Shown here: one piece after another, positions 40,180-49,893 of the stretch | Numbering within the stretch: position 1 is the stretch's first letter | Layout of the letters: every line of letters starts with the position of its first letter | Assembly (NCBI GenBank): GCA_963845565.1 | Contig: CAWJSJ010000005.1 | Location: 32,001-96,000 of the forward strand | Reading direction: 5' to 3' | DNA length: 64,000 bases | From: an uncultured Methylomirabilota bacterium | Lineage (GTDB): Bacteria; Methylomirabilota; Methylomirabilia; Methylomirabilales; 2-02-FULL-66-22 | Position numbers and translations under genes: made by a program | The notes under the pieces: generated by a model | The model's input: the letters and a program-made list of their open reading frames with translations, nothing else | Databases searched by the model: none | Told to the model about the DNA's origin: nothing

Positions 40180-41217
40180 ATGCGAGGTGCACTGACGCTT
40201 CGAGAGATCCAGGATCAACCGTTGGCGTGGGCGGCGGCGCTCCAGCGTTTCGAACGGGACACCGCACGGGTGAACCGGTTCTTCGAGAAGCGGCCTCCCG
40301 ATGCCGCGGTCTTCACGGGGTGCGGATCGTCCTATTATCTCTCGATGACGGCGGCGGCGGTCTTCCAGGAGATCACCGGCCTACCGGCCAAGGCCGTACC
40401 GGCGTCGGAGATCCTGCAGTTCCCCGACAGCGTGTTCGCGCAGGACTCGACACCCGTGCTGGTGGCCGCGTCGCGGTCGGGGACCACTACCGAAACGGTC
40501 CGCGCCGTGAAGGCGGCCCGCCGCCGGGGTGTCGCCACGCTGTGCCTCACGTGCGCGGCTCGAAGTCCGCTGGCGCTGGCGGCGGAGGCGACGCTCTCGT
40601 CTCCGAAAGGCGGCGAGCGCAGTGTGGTCATGACCAAGTCGTTCAGCAGCCTGTTGCTTCTCGGGCTTGCCCTGGCCGCGGAGCGGGGCGGGAACGAACG
40701 GCTGCGGTGCGAGTTGCAGCGGCTGCCGGCGCTGGGGAAGCGGGCGCTTCGGACCGCCATCCCGTTGATGCGGGACGTCGGTACGAGCGCCGCTCGCTTT
40801 GCGTTTCTCGGCGGCGGGCCGGCCCACGGCATCGCCTGGGAGGCTATGTTGAAGATGACCGAGATGGCCCAGCGGATGGCGGTGGCGTATCATCCGCTGG
40901 AGTTCCGGCACGGCCCGATCGCCGTGGCGGGGCCGGGGACGGTGGCGGTGATGTTCGGGACCGAGGCCGGGGCTCGGCTGGAGGCGGCCCTGATCCGGGA
41001 CCTGCGGCGACTCGGGGCCACGGTGGTGCTCCTGCGGGACGAAGGGCGGGCCGCCACGGAGGCCGACGTGGACGTGACCCTGGGGATGGGCCTGTCCGAT
41101 GCCGCCCGGTCGCTCCTCTACCTCCCCTTCGCCCAGGCGCTGGCGTACTGGCGAGCCGTCGGATCCGGCCTGGACCCCGATCGGCCGCAGCATCTGACGG
41201 CGGCCGTCCACCTGTGA
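40180..41217 (+). CDS. Double-SIS domain sugar-phosphate isomerase/deaminase (AgaS/FrlB/GlmS C-terminal-like)
   Basis: EIQDQP, GCGSSY, SRSGTTTET, VMTKSF, LKMTE, EFRHGP, DPDRP..L. Confidence 0.88.
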   Translation: MRGALTLREIQDQPLAWAAALQRFERDTARVNRFFEKRPPDAAVFTGCGSSYYLSMTAAAVFQEITGLPAKAVPASEILQFPDSVFAQDSTPVLVAASRSGTTTETVRAVKAARRRGVATLCLTCAARSPLALAAEATLSSPKGGERSVVMTKSFSSLLLLGLALAAERGGNERLRCELQRLPALGKRALRTAIPLMRDVGTSAARFAFLGGGPAHGIAWEAMLKMTEMAQRMAVAYHPLEFRHGPIAVAGPGTVAVMFGTEAGARLEAALIRDLRRLGATVVLLRDEGRAATEADVDVTLGMGLSDAARSLLYLPFAQALAYWRAVGSGLDPDRPQHLTAAVHL

Positions 41218-41225
41218 GCGGGTTC

Positions 41226-41252
41226 GGAGCCGTTGCGAAATAACTTGTCCAT
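41226..41252. repeat. MITE family B left-end remnant
   Basis: GGAGCCGTTGCGAAATAACTTGTCCAT. Confidence 0.6.
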
Positions 41253-41356
41253 GGCTTGCGCCGCCGCCGGCGCGTTGACGAAGAGCGGTCTAGGGGGATA
41301 CCCTTGCCTGGGTCGGTGCTGGGGCAATGGCGGCCGACCGGGGAGGGGGCGGACCG

Positions 41357-42337
41357 ATGGATGGAATCTCTCGCAGGACGCTTCTCAAGGCAGGTGTCGC
41401 CATGGCGGTAACGGCAGGAACGGCCCGAGCAGCGACTTCTCCAATATATCTCGTACGAACCACCGATCGGGCGGACGGCATCCGTCGGGGATTGGCGGCG
41501 CTCGGGTTTCCCGCCACCCGCGGAAAACGCGTGGTCATCAAGCCGAATTTCAACAGCGCCGACGCGTTCCCGGCCTCGACGCACCCGGAAACGCTGGGCG
41601 CCATCGTTCGCCAGGTACAGGCGGGCGGCGCCGGCGAGGTCGTGGTGGCCGATCGGAGCGGGATGGGCGACACTCGCGGCGTCATGGAGCGGAAGGGGAT
41701 CTTCGCCCAGGCCGGCCAGCTCGGTTTCCGCCCCGTGGTGCTGGACGAGACGGCGCCCGAGGGTTGGGCAGAGGAGCGTCTTCCCGGCGGCCACTGGTCC
41801 CGCGGGGTGTTGTTCCCCCGTCTCTTCCAGGAGGCGGACCTCGTCGTGCAGACCTGTTGCCTGAAGACGCATCGGTACGGCGGACACTTCACCATGTCGC
41901 TCAAGAATTCCGTCGGGATGGTGGCCAAGTATTCGCCCCGCGACAACTACAATTACATGGGAGAGCTGCACGGATCCTCCTACCAGCGGCAAATGATCGC
42001 GGAGATCAACCAGCTTTATCGGCCGACCATGGTCGTTCTCGACGGCCTGGAGGGCTTCACCGATGGCGGCCCGGAGAGCGGCACGCTGGTCAAGCCGCAG
42101 GTCATGCTGCTGGGGGCCGATCGGCTGGCGGTGGACGCGGTGGGGGTGGCCATTCTGCGGATGCACGGCGGGAATGCGACCATCTCGCGCGGCCGGGTCT
42201 TCGATCAAGAGCAGATCGCTCGAGCGGCACGATTGGGACTGGGGGCCCAGGGTGCGGACCAGATCGATCTGGTGACCGACGATCCGGAAAGTCGGAAGAC
42301 GGCTGATCGCGTTCGCCAGGCGCTGAAGCAAGGGTAA
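41357..42337 (+). CDS. DUF362 domain protein with Tat signal
   Basis: SRRTLLK; VVIKPN, THPE, LKTH...TMSLKNSVG, D.LAVD. Confidence 0.85.
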   Translation: MDGISRRTLLKAGVAMAVTAGTARAATSPIYLVRTTDRADGIRRGLAALGFPATRGKRVVIKPNFNSADAFPASTHPETLGAIVRQVQAGGAGEVVVADRSGMGDTRGVMERKGIFAQAGQLGFRPVVLDETAPEGWAEERLPGGHWSRGVLFPRLFQEADLVVQTCCLKTHRYGGHFTMSLKNSVGMVAKYSPRDNYNYMGELHGSSYQRQMIAEINQLYRPTMVVLDGLEGFTDGGPESGTLVKPQVMLLGADRLAVDAVGVAILRMHGGNATISRGRVFDQEQIARAARLGLGAQGADQIDLVTDDPESRKTADRVRQALKQG

Positions 42338-42397
42338 AGGAGATGGCCCGCGCCGAGAGAGGCGCGGGCCATAGTCATCACCGCCAAGTTGTTCAAG

Positions 42398-42610
42398 CTA
42401 CGGCCGGTAGTAGGCCCCCACGCACAGGACCACGAATCCCGCTACACCGACGATCGTCTTCACGATCTGCAACGCGGATCCTTGCTCGGTAGGGAAGAAG
42501 AACCACGGGATCAGGATCATGAGGCCGCCGGCCACCATGACGCCAATGGATCCGTTCTTCGACAGGTGCTTTTTCGGGCCGAGCCCCTTCTGGGTCGTTT
42601 CTTCGCTCAT
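42398..42610 (-). CDS. Small two-TM membrane protein
   Basis: Two hydrophobic helices; AAGGAGAG RBS. Confidence 0.6.
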   Translation of the reverse strand: MSEETTQKGLGPKKHLSKNGSIGVMVAGGLMILIPWFFFPTEQGSALQIVKTIVGVAGFVVLCVGAYYRP

Positions 42611-43380
42611 GGCTTCTCTCCTTCATGGCATCCCAAGCGCTGCGCGGGCGAACTCGCGCCCGGCGCCACCGTTCATTGTGAAAAGCGACAGGTCAGGAGA
42701 GTGGCGATGCGGCTAGAAACGGCTCACCCGAGTCGCTCGGGTCGCGCGCAGCGAGGTGGTGCGACGGAAGGAAACGCCGAGGAAGCGTATGAGAGGCGAG
42801 GGACGGCTGGAGCATGGGTCGGATGGCGCGCGTCCGCTCGACCCAAGACGGATGACCGTTCCGGTCCGGTTTCGGGAAGGTCACGCGATTGGAGTGGGCC
42901 TGTTTTTCCAGCCGGACGAGGGCGGCAGCCCCCAGCGCCGCTAGGGGAATCTCGGGGGCGCGAAGGGTGACTGACGCGGCGCCATCTGCCGGCGCGATGG
43001 GAGGGCACACGGCAGACCCGGCGACCAACACCAGGGTGACGAGTCCGGCCAAGATCCAGCGGCCCACGAGAAAAGTGCGGAGGTGTCGACAAAGCATGCG
43101 AGGCGGCCCCGATCGAGAGTGTGGCCTAACCTATACGCCGCGGCCTGGGCGAAGTCAATGACAGAGTCGGATAGGGGTGCGACAGGGCACGCCCAGCGGG
43201 CGCCAGCCGCCGGCCGGGAAATACGCCGAGCCTCCCGCGGTCGGGATCAACAGGTCGGCGAAATGCTTTCTGCTTGACGCTCACCGCCTGGTTCGGTAGC
43301 GTCCCAACCATCCCACCGCGACGATGGTGGCGGCTTCTCTAGGGAGGTTCGGGCCGAGGGCGGCGGGGGGTGTGACAGGC

Positions 43381-44079
43381 ATGCGGAACTGGATGGACGC
43401 GGGGCGGCCGGCGGGAGTGGCCGGTGTGTTGCTGGTCCTGCTGTTTACGGCTGCGGGGTGTTCTCGTTCCGGCGCGCTCAGCGGAGACGTCGTCGTCCGG
43501 ACGGCCGCGGGCGAACTGATACGCGGCGCACGAATCGGCGTTCAAATCGTCACCTCCACCGAGGCGTTCGAGCGCGAATGGGCGGATGCCATCGCTACAT
43601 TCCGTCATGAGGTAGCGCCCGCCGCAGACGCACAGAAGGCCGCGGCGCAGAAGGCCGAGCAAGCCAGACTGGCATGGACCCGCGCCTTGACCGCACGGGG
43701 AAAAGATCGGGCGCGCGGGGGCCAGTGGACCCTGTCGCTCCGAGACACCAACACCGCCGGCTCGCAGGAACTCTGGAGAAGTGTGCGGGCGACGGAAGGC
43801 CTGGTCTTCCAGGCCCGCAAGCGGGTGGAGGAGATCGTGCGCACGCATGATGCGCAGGCGGTCACGCTCCTCGACAAGCATGCGACGCAGCGCGTCCAGA
43901 CAGACGAGACCGGCCGCTACGTCCTGGTGAAGATCCCGTCGGGAAAGGCCTATCTTGCCGCCCGGCTCCGAGTGGACAAGGCGCAGTTTGTGTGGTTCAT
44001 TCCGGTCCAGGTCCAGGGCGGCGCCCAGCAGCTCGACCTGACAGAACAGAATCAGGGGGGTTGGCCGTTCACGCCCTAG
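43381..44079 (+). CDS. Hypothetical exported (lipo)protein with a coiled-coil insert
   Basis: Lipobox-like AAGC; TDETGRY beta-sandwich-like C-terminus. Confidence 0.6.
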   Translation: MRNWMDAGRPAGVAGVLLVLLFTAAGCSRSGALSGDVVVRTAAGELIRGARIGVQIVTSTEAFEREWADAIATFRHEVAPAADAQKAAAQKAEQARLAWTRALTARGKDRARGGQWTLSLRDTNTAGSQELWRSVRATEGLVFQARKRVEEIVRTHDAQAVTLLDKHATQRVQTDETGRYVLVKIPSGKAYLAARLRVDKAQFVWFIPVQVQGGAQQLDLTEQNQGGWPFTP

Positions 44080-44144
44080 CCGGGTAAGATCCGCGGGGGA
44101 CCTTCTGATTCTCCGTATGTTCCTGGCGACGAGGGGAGAGGGTC

Positions 44145-44816
44145 GTGTGCGGACGATTCAGCCTTGGCGGCACGGTCCGGGTCGGACAGCTCTTTGAGCT
44201 GCCGAACTGGCCCGAGACGCCGCCGCGGTACAACATCGCCCCGAGCCAGGAGGTCTCCGCGGTAATCCGGACTCGCGAGACGGCGGTGCGAGAGTTCCGG
44301 TCTTTCCGGTGGGGCCTCGTGCCGTCCTGGGCAAGAGACCCGACCCTCGGTAACCGGCTCATCAACGCTCGCGCCGAAACCGTGGCAGTGAAGCCGGCCT
44401 TCCGCAAACCGCTCCGTGAGCGCCGCTGTCTTGTCCTCGCCGACGGCTTCTACGAGTGGGAGCAGCAAGGCCGGCGGAAGCAGCCCTGGTTTTTTCGAAT
44501 GCGCGACAGCCGACCGTTCGCCTTCGCCGGACTCTGGGACCGGTGGCAACTCCCCTCGGGCGAGCCGTTCGAGACATGTGCGATCGTGACCACCGAGGCG
44601 AACGAAGTTGTCGGACGTGTCCATGGCCGGATGCCGGTGATCCTGCCCCCCGCAGCCTATAGCCTCTGGCTGGACCCGATATGTCAGGATGTCGAGCAGG
44701 CGCAGGCGGTTCTGCGCCCCTATGCTGCCGAGGAAATGGTGGCGTATCCGGTCGGTACGCAAGTGAACAGTCCCGCGCACGATTCTCCGGACCTGATCGT
44801 TCCCTTGGTTGGCTGA
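44145..44816 (+). CDS. SOS response-associated peptidase (SRAP/YedK family)
   Basis: MCGRF, RYNIAP, WGLVP.W, INARAET, GFYEW, HGRMPVIL. Confidence 0.92.
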   Translation: MCGRFSLGGTVRVGQLFELPNWPETPPRYNIAPSQEVSAVIRTRETAVREFRSFRWGLVPSWARDPTLGNRLINARAETVAVKPAFRKPLRERRCLVLADGFYEWEQQGRRKQPWFFRMRDSRPFAFAGLWDRWQLPSGEPFETCAIVTTEANEVVGRVHGRMPVILPPAAYSLWLDPICQDVEQAQAVLRPYAAEEMVAYPVGTQVNSPAHDSPDLIVPLVG

Positions 44817-44875
44817 CGGGGGCCGCGGTGCGGGAGCCCAGCGGGCGGTTTCCGGTGGGCGTGGAGGCGTGAGGG

Positions 44876-45901
44876 ATGAAGATTCGGGCCAGGTATCGTT
44901 GCGGGTGTCTTCTTCTCGCAGGATGCGCCGCGCTCACCGCCTGCGCCCCGTCGGCGCCGCCGACCGTCTCGACATCCGAAAGCCAGGCGGGCGTCAAGGC
45001 TCTCGCCCAGGACGCGCTGTCTCGACGCGACCGGCTCATGCCGGAACCCTACCCCTGCGGGACCGGCTGGACCGAGACACCGACCGGGTATGTGGTCGCG
45101 GTTTCGTCGTGGGCGGAACAGGCCGGACTCCGTCCCGGTGATCGGATCGTGACCGTCGGCGGCGTGCAGGTGTCCGGCGACCAGGAACGCACTCAGGCAT
45201 ACCGCCGGGTTCCGGCAGGGGGACCGTTCGTCGTCGGGGTGATCCGGCGGAACCAGTCCGCCACGGTGTCGCTGCCTTGCCGGTATCAGCCCGACCTCTT
45301 CGGGGCCGAACGGCGGACACTCGACGCGGCCAGCCGCGGCGATTGGGATGGGTGCCTTGTCGCCGCACGAGAGGCGAGGCGCTTCGCGGGGTTCACGGCG
45401 TACGCGAACGTCATATGGGAGCAATCATGCCTCAGGGCGAAGAATCCGTCCATGACGTCACCCGAAGGAGCGGAGTTTGCCGCGCGGTCTTTCGAGGCCG
45501 CCCAGCTGTTATTGCGGGATAGCCGTTTCGTTCCGGGAGGAACCGTGGATGCGCAGGGGACGGTGCGTCAGATCGCCGACGACCTCAAGCGATCCGGCTT
45601 CCCTGCGTATGCGAACGATCTGGAGGCGCAACTCCAAGCAGCCTTGGCGACTCTTCCGCGGCTGCAGTTGACCTGGGCGGACAACTCCACCAACGAGGAG
45701 AGTTTCGTCGTGGAGCGAAAGACCGGACAGGCGGGAACGTACCAGCACGTTGCCACACTGCCCCCGAACACGACGACGTACGTAGATATGTCCGTCGAGG
45801 AGGGCGTGACATACTGCTATCGCATCAGGGCGGTGAACGCCGCCGGTCGCTCCGGCTACACCAACGAAGGGTGCGCCTTGCCGAAAACGCCAACCCCCTA
45901 G
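44876..45901 (+). CDS. Lipoprotein with PDZ and fibronectin type III domains
   Basis: Lipobox; AEQAGLRPGDRIVTVGG (PDZ); LTWADNSTNE..F.VER...TYCYRIRAVN (FN3). Confidence 0.75.
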   Translation: MKIRARYRCGCLLLAGCAALTACAPSAPPTVSTSESQAGVKALAQDALSRRDRLMPEPYPCGTGWTETPTGYVVAVSSWAEQAGLRPGDRIVTVGGVQVSGDQERTQAYRRVPAGGPFVVGVIRRNQSATVSLPCRYQPDLFGAERRTLDAASRGDWDGCLVAAREARRFAGFTAYANVIWEQSCLRAKNPSMTSPEGAEFAARSFEAAQLLLRDSRFVPGGTVDAQGTVRQIADDLKRSGFPAYANDLEAQLQAALATLPRLQLTWADNSTNEESFVVERKTGQAGTYQHVATLPPNTTTYVDMSVEEGVTYCYRIRAVNAAGRSGYTNEGCALPKTPTP

Positions 45902-46018
45902 CCCGCATTACTCGCGAACACAACTCGCGAACAATGCGGGCTTCCCAAGAAACTCCCACATTCCGTACCGTATCCCACCGCGGGCTCGACGACGCGCTTT
46001 CGCATCTTTGACAACGGC

Positions 46019-46804
46019 TCACGTGGCCTTAGACGGAACAGGAGAGGCCAGCAAGGTCTCGACAAAGGCAGCGATGGCCACCCGTGCCTCGGGCGGCAAT
46101 TCCACGAACTTGACGGCCATGCCTGCGGGGTACGGGTGTTCGTCTCCCGGGCCCCGGATCCATACGACCCGGGCGGTGCTCTCGACGGGGTCGGAGTCCG
46201 GGAGCGCGAAGTGGAGGGTGATGTGGGTTCCGATTTCCGGTGGTTTCTCGGTTACGATGAACATCCCGTCCTGGCTGAGATTGAGTGTCTTGGCTGTGCC
46301 TGTGCAATCAGCATGGGTGTAATCCACACCGAGCGCCACCGAGGCGCGGGGAGCGGTGCGGCGGGTCAGGGGCGTGTTGAAGACCATCTGCACCATGTTC
46401 AGGAGGCGCGCCGTGTCGATGCCTATCGGGACGGACGCCACGGCGTTCGGCTCGGAGATGTTCCGGTTCGACGGCGTCTGAGACCCGGCGGTGAGCAGGA
46501 TCACGGGGATCGCCTCGGTGAGCGGGTCCACGCGAAGGCGCCTGCACACCTCCGCGCCATCCAGATCCGGGAGTTCGGCGTCGAGCAGGATAGCGTCGGG
46601 CGGGACCGTCCGCGCCACCTTCAGACCCTCCGCTCCGCTGACGGCCACGAGCACCTTGGACGCTCCGGAACGGAGAAGGCTCTGGCGCAGGGCAACGAAT
46701 AAGGGTTTGTCACCTACCAAGAGGATCCGTCGGAGAGACGCCTTGCCCGTTTGCGCGGACTTCGATCCGTTTCCCTGGCCGCCGTTCGCTCGATCGGTTC
46801 CCAT
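46019..46804 (-). CDS. Receiver domain-PilZ (TIGR02266-like) protein
   Basis: PDAILLDAELPDLDG.EVC, IPVILLT; RRTAPR, NLSQDGMFI, ARVVW, GMAVKF. Confidence 0.82.
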   Translation of the reverse strand: MGTDRANGGQGNGSKSAQTGKASLRRILLVGDKPLFVALRQSLLRSGASKVLVAVSGAEGLKVARTVPPDAILLDAELPDLDGAEVCRRLRVDPLTEAIPVILLTAGSQTPSNRNISEPNAVASVPIGIDTARLLNMVQMVFNTPLTRRTAPRASVALGVDYTHADCTGTAKTLNLSQDGMFIVTEKPPEIGTHITLHFALPDSDPVESTARVVWIRGPGDEHPYPAGMAVKFVELPPEARVAIAAFVETLLASPVPSKAT

Positions 46805-47110
46805 GGCGTTTCCCCCTCTGATCCGGAAAGATGGCCGAGCGGAATCAGACTTTTCCCCCTAACCGGTAGAGGACCGTTTTACGGTTGTCAACTGGAACGT
46901 GTGCAGGGGCCCAACGAGGGTACGTAACTCCACCATCGATGCGCGTGCGTTCTTGGCGGACCCCGCGAGGCCGACGCGCACCGAGACCGGCGCTCGCTTG
47001 ACACGACACAGTTACGGCGATACGGTCACCCCTAGTGCGGCGCGTCGGCTGTTTTCCCTGGGGTACGCGCCGGAGTGCATTTCCTGCACGCGACCGCGTC
47101 GAGGTGTGTG

Positions 47111-47500
47111 ATGGCCGAGTATCAAGAGAAGCGTGCCGCGCCGCGGACGTCTCTCCCCAAAGACTATATCGCGCTGGCACAAAACGCCGTCGAGGTTCAC
47201 CTCGTGGACCTCAGCCTCACGGGCGCTCGGATCGAACACTGGGGACTGCTCAACCCGGGCGCGAAGTGCGAGTTGCGCCTTCCGGCGCCACTGGGGAACG
47301 TGACCATCTCCGCCCAGGTTGTGTGGTGCACGATTCTGCGCGCAGAACGCCGGGCCGGCGGAGACCGACAACTCCGCTCGTCCAGCGGGCTAAGGTTTGC
47401 GGCACTCACGACCCATCAGCAAGCGGTCTTGGCCGGAACCTTGGAACAATTGACACGGACGACCCTCCCTTCGCTTGACAGTCATAGCCGCTCGGCGTAA
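47111..47500 (+). CDS. PilZ domain protein, paralog 1
   Basis: KRAAPR, DLSLTGA, AQVVWC, SGLRF. Confidence 0.8.
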   Translation: MAEYQEKRAAPRTSLPKDYIALAQNAVEVHLVDLSLTGARIEHWGLLNPGAKCELRLPAPLGNVTISAQVVWCTILRAERRAGGDRQLRSSSGLRFAALTTHQQAVLAGTLEQLTRTTLPSLDSHSRSA

Positions 47501-47548
47501 CCTTCCGACGGATTCTTCTCTCCCACACCAGGATACGAGGCGTCAATT

Positions 47549-48082
47549 ATGGGTCGGACGACCGTTTGCCCCATTTGCCGATCGACCCAACCGGCGAATG
47601 GGGATCACGTCGAAGATCGGCCCGTGTCGGTCTGCGCCGGGTGCGGTGCGCCGCTCGGCGAGCCATCGTGCGACGAGGGACAACCGTCATCCGGTCGGCC
47701 GACGGTACTCTGCATCGATGACGATCCATTCGTGCTCAGCTTCTACGTCACCTTCCTCGAATCGCGCGGTTATCGAACGCTTACCGTCGAAGACGGACTC
47801 CGGGGCATCGAGATCGCCAAGCGTGAACTCCCGGACGTGATCTTGCTGGACGTCATGCTGCGCGGACTGAGCGGATTCGATATCTGCCGGAAGCTTCACG
47901 ACGTCGATGAACTGCAAAGCACACCCATCATTCTGCTGACCGTTCTGGACGAACCCGGCATCAGCATTACCGGACGAGAAGCCGGGGCCACGATCATCCT
48001 GCGCAAGGCTGCGGGGCCCGAGATGATCGTGGCCGCCATAGCGCAGGTGCTCGGCTTGAGCACCGGCCCGGCTCTGTTGTAA
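47549..48082 (+). CDS. Response regulator receiver with N-terminal Zn ribbon
   Basis: CPIC...CAGC; LCIDDD, PDVILLDVML, PIILLT, K. Confidence 0.8.
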   Translation: MGRTTVCPICRSTQPANGDHVEDRPVSVCAGCGAPLGEPSCDEGQPSSGRPTVLCIDDDPFVLSFYVTFLESRGYRTLTVEDGLRGIEIAKRELPDVILLDVMLRGLSGFDICRKLHDVDELQSTPIILLTVLDEPGISITGREAGATIILRKAAGPEMIVAAIAQVLGLSTGPALL

Positions 48083-48256
48083 GCGGCCGCCGCGCCGCGC
48101 TTCCTTGGACCAGGAGGCGTCAGGGCGGACGCCCGCGTTCCGCGGCACGCGCGCCGGCACGCACCGGACGCGTTTCACCATGCCGCGGCATGGCGGGCGG
48201 CACGAGTTCGCCGGCCCCCAAAAGACACTGCTGGCAAAGAGGAGACGATTACCACG

Positions 48257-48995
48257 ATGGAATCCCCCGAAGGCATGCAGTCCAATGCGTTGCTCCGGCG
48301 CTTGGAAGAGGACGGGGCGGTCGCGTATGCGAACCGCATCCCCGTCGGATTCAAATTACAGCCGGTGGCCGTCCAGCCGGATTGGCGATTCGAGGTGGCC
48401 CGAAAGGAGGCCATCGAAGAGCACTGCGAGGGGCACTTTCTGCTGCCCTCCGGCAAGCATACCAATGTGTATATCCAGGTGTCGCTCGGACTACGTTACG
48501 TCGGGACGAGTAAGGCCATCGGCTTTCAGTTGTACAAGCGACTCCGCGAGGCGGGACTCCTGGACCAGATCGATGTAATCCTCGGGCCGCCGGTCGGGGC
48601 CCTGGCCGTCGTGACCGCGCTCCAGTACACCATCGACTCCGCCAAGATCGAGGCGATGTACCTGGATCGGGATCCGGCGGGGACGTTCCGGCTCGGCCGC
48701 GGTTTCCAACTGCAGGGAGGGAAGCGGATCCTGCTTGTCGATGACGTCTTTACGACCGGGGGGTCGCTCCGCAAAGCCATACGGGCCTGCAATGAGTCCG
48801 TCCGGGACCGCGGGGAGGAGTGCAACTTTCGTCGGGGCGGCCGTCGTGCTGAATCGTGTGAGCGATCCTGACGTGTTCCGCCTCGCCACGGTCACGATGC
48901 CCATCGTCTCTGCCGTCGACTACCCCCTCCAGGATTGGGATCCCTCGCTGTGCCCCTATTGTGCCCGCCACGTTCCCTTGTTCGCCGTTCAATAG
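48257..48995 (+). CDS. pyrE: Orotate phosphoribosyltransferase-like protein; +1 frameshift near 48828
   Basis: GHFLLPSGKHT..YIQ, ILLVDDVFTTGGS; the C-terminus VGAAVVLNR...CPYC lies in the 48735..48995 frame. Confidence 0.65.
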
Positions 48996-49132
48996 GATCG
49001 GAGGGCGGGGAGCGAGGGGAGACGGCCAGGTCGGCGTTGTCGCGGCCGCTATCGACTCGTGCGCCCCAAGATGTGTGTGCGCGGATGGGCATCGTTGCGG
49101 CTACACTGTATGCCGCTTGCAGGTACGAGGTA

Positions 49133-49234
49133 CGCCGTCGTCAAAGAATTAGTTGAGCGGAGACATTCCGAAACGGCTTAAGGAGCCGTAGCTGAGATAG
49201 AACAGAGATGTATAGGTTATTTCGTAACGGCTCC
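49133..49234. mobile_element. MITE-like repeat family B inserted between RBS and start codon, with TA duplication
   Basis: GAGG-TA|element|TA-GCCATG, versus the empty paralogous site GAGGTCGCCATG at 51464-51475. Confidence 0.85.
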
Positions 49235-49239
49235 TAGCC

Positions 49240-49631
49240 ATGGCTGAGGTACGGGACAGGCGCGCGGTGCCGCGAATGGCGCTGGTCGAGCGCCCCGAGG
49301 CGCGGGTGCGAGGCATGCGGGAGGTCCGCCTCCTCGACCTCAGTCTCACCGGCGCGCAGATCGAGCACCTCGACCTCTTCCGGCTCGGTGCCGCCTGTGC
49401 TCTCGATCTCCCACCGCCCTTCGGCGCCCCAAGCCTGCCCGCCGAGGTAGTCTGGTGCACCGTGGTCGGACGGAAGCGCACGCGGGGAGGCGAATCCCAT
49501 CTCGTGGCCCGCAGCGGCCTCCGGTTCGCCACGCTCACCGTCTGCGCAGCAGGCGGCCCTCGCCGACACCCTGCAGCACGTTGCGGCAGCGCTCCAGCCC
49601 ATCGCTTGACACCCCACGACGTTCGGCGTAC
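49240..49631 (+). pseudogene. PilZ domain protein, paralog 2 (disrupted)
   Basis: Aligns with 51473..51862 but has +1 shifts near 49542 and 49601, TAC at the paralog's TAG stop, and a MITE separating RBS from ATG. Confidence 0.6.
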
Positions 49632-49893
49632 TTTCGGTTCGACCATCCCCGTATCATTCGGTGTCCCGGTTGGGACGCTGACCGCTCGCGGCCCGTCGGC
49701 CACCGTTCTTGACATAAAGCCCACGCGTGTCTTTGCCAGTCGTCTCCGTGCCACTGGGAGGCATCATCGCGTCCTTGAGGTTGCGACACTTGCGAAGTGG
49801 CGACGGCGCGATTTCCAGCCTGGAAGTCGACAACCGGAGACAATCGCTCGTCCGGGACCGATGAGGTGACGACGGGCAAGGAGGTGGGACATC

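Noticed and set aside
42693..43097. 134-aa minus-strand ORF with a hydrophobic N-terminus
   Set aside because: No recognisable domain, weak RBS and a low-complexity tail, so it cannot be supported as a gene.
49659..49724. GGGACGC suggesting a c-di-GMP-I riboswitch near PilZ genes
   Set aside because: It lacks the GCAAA/GNRA tetraloop-receptor architecture and lies downstream of the gene.
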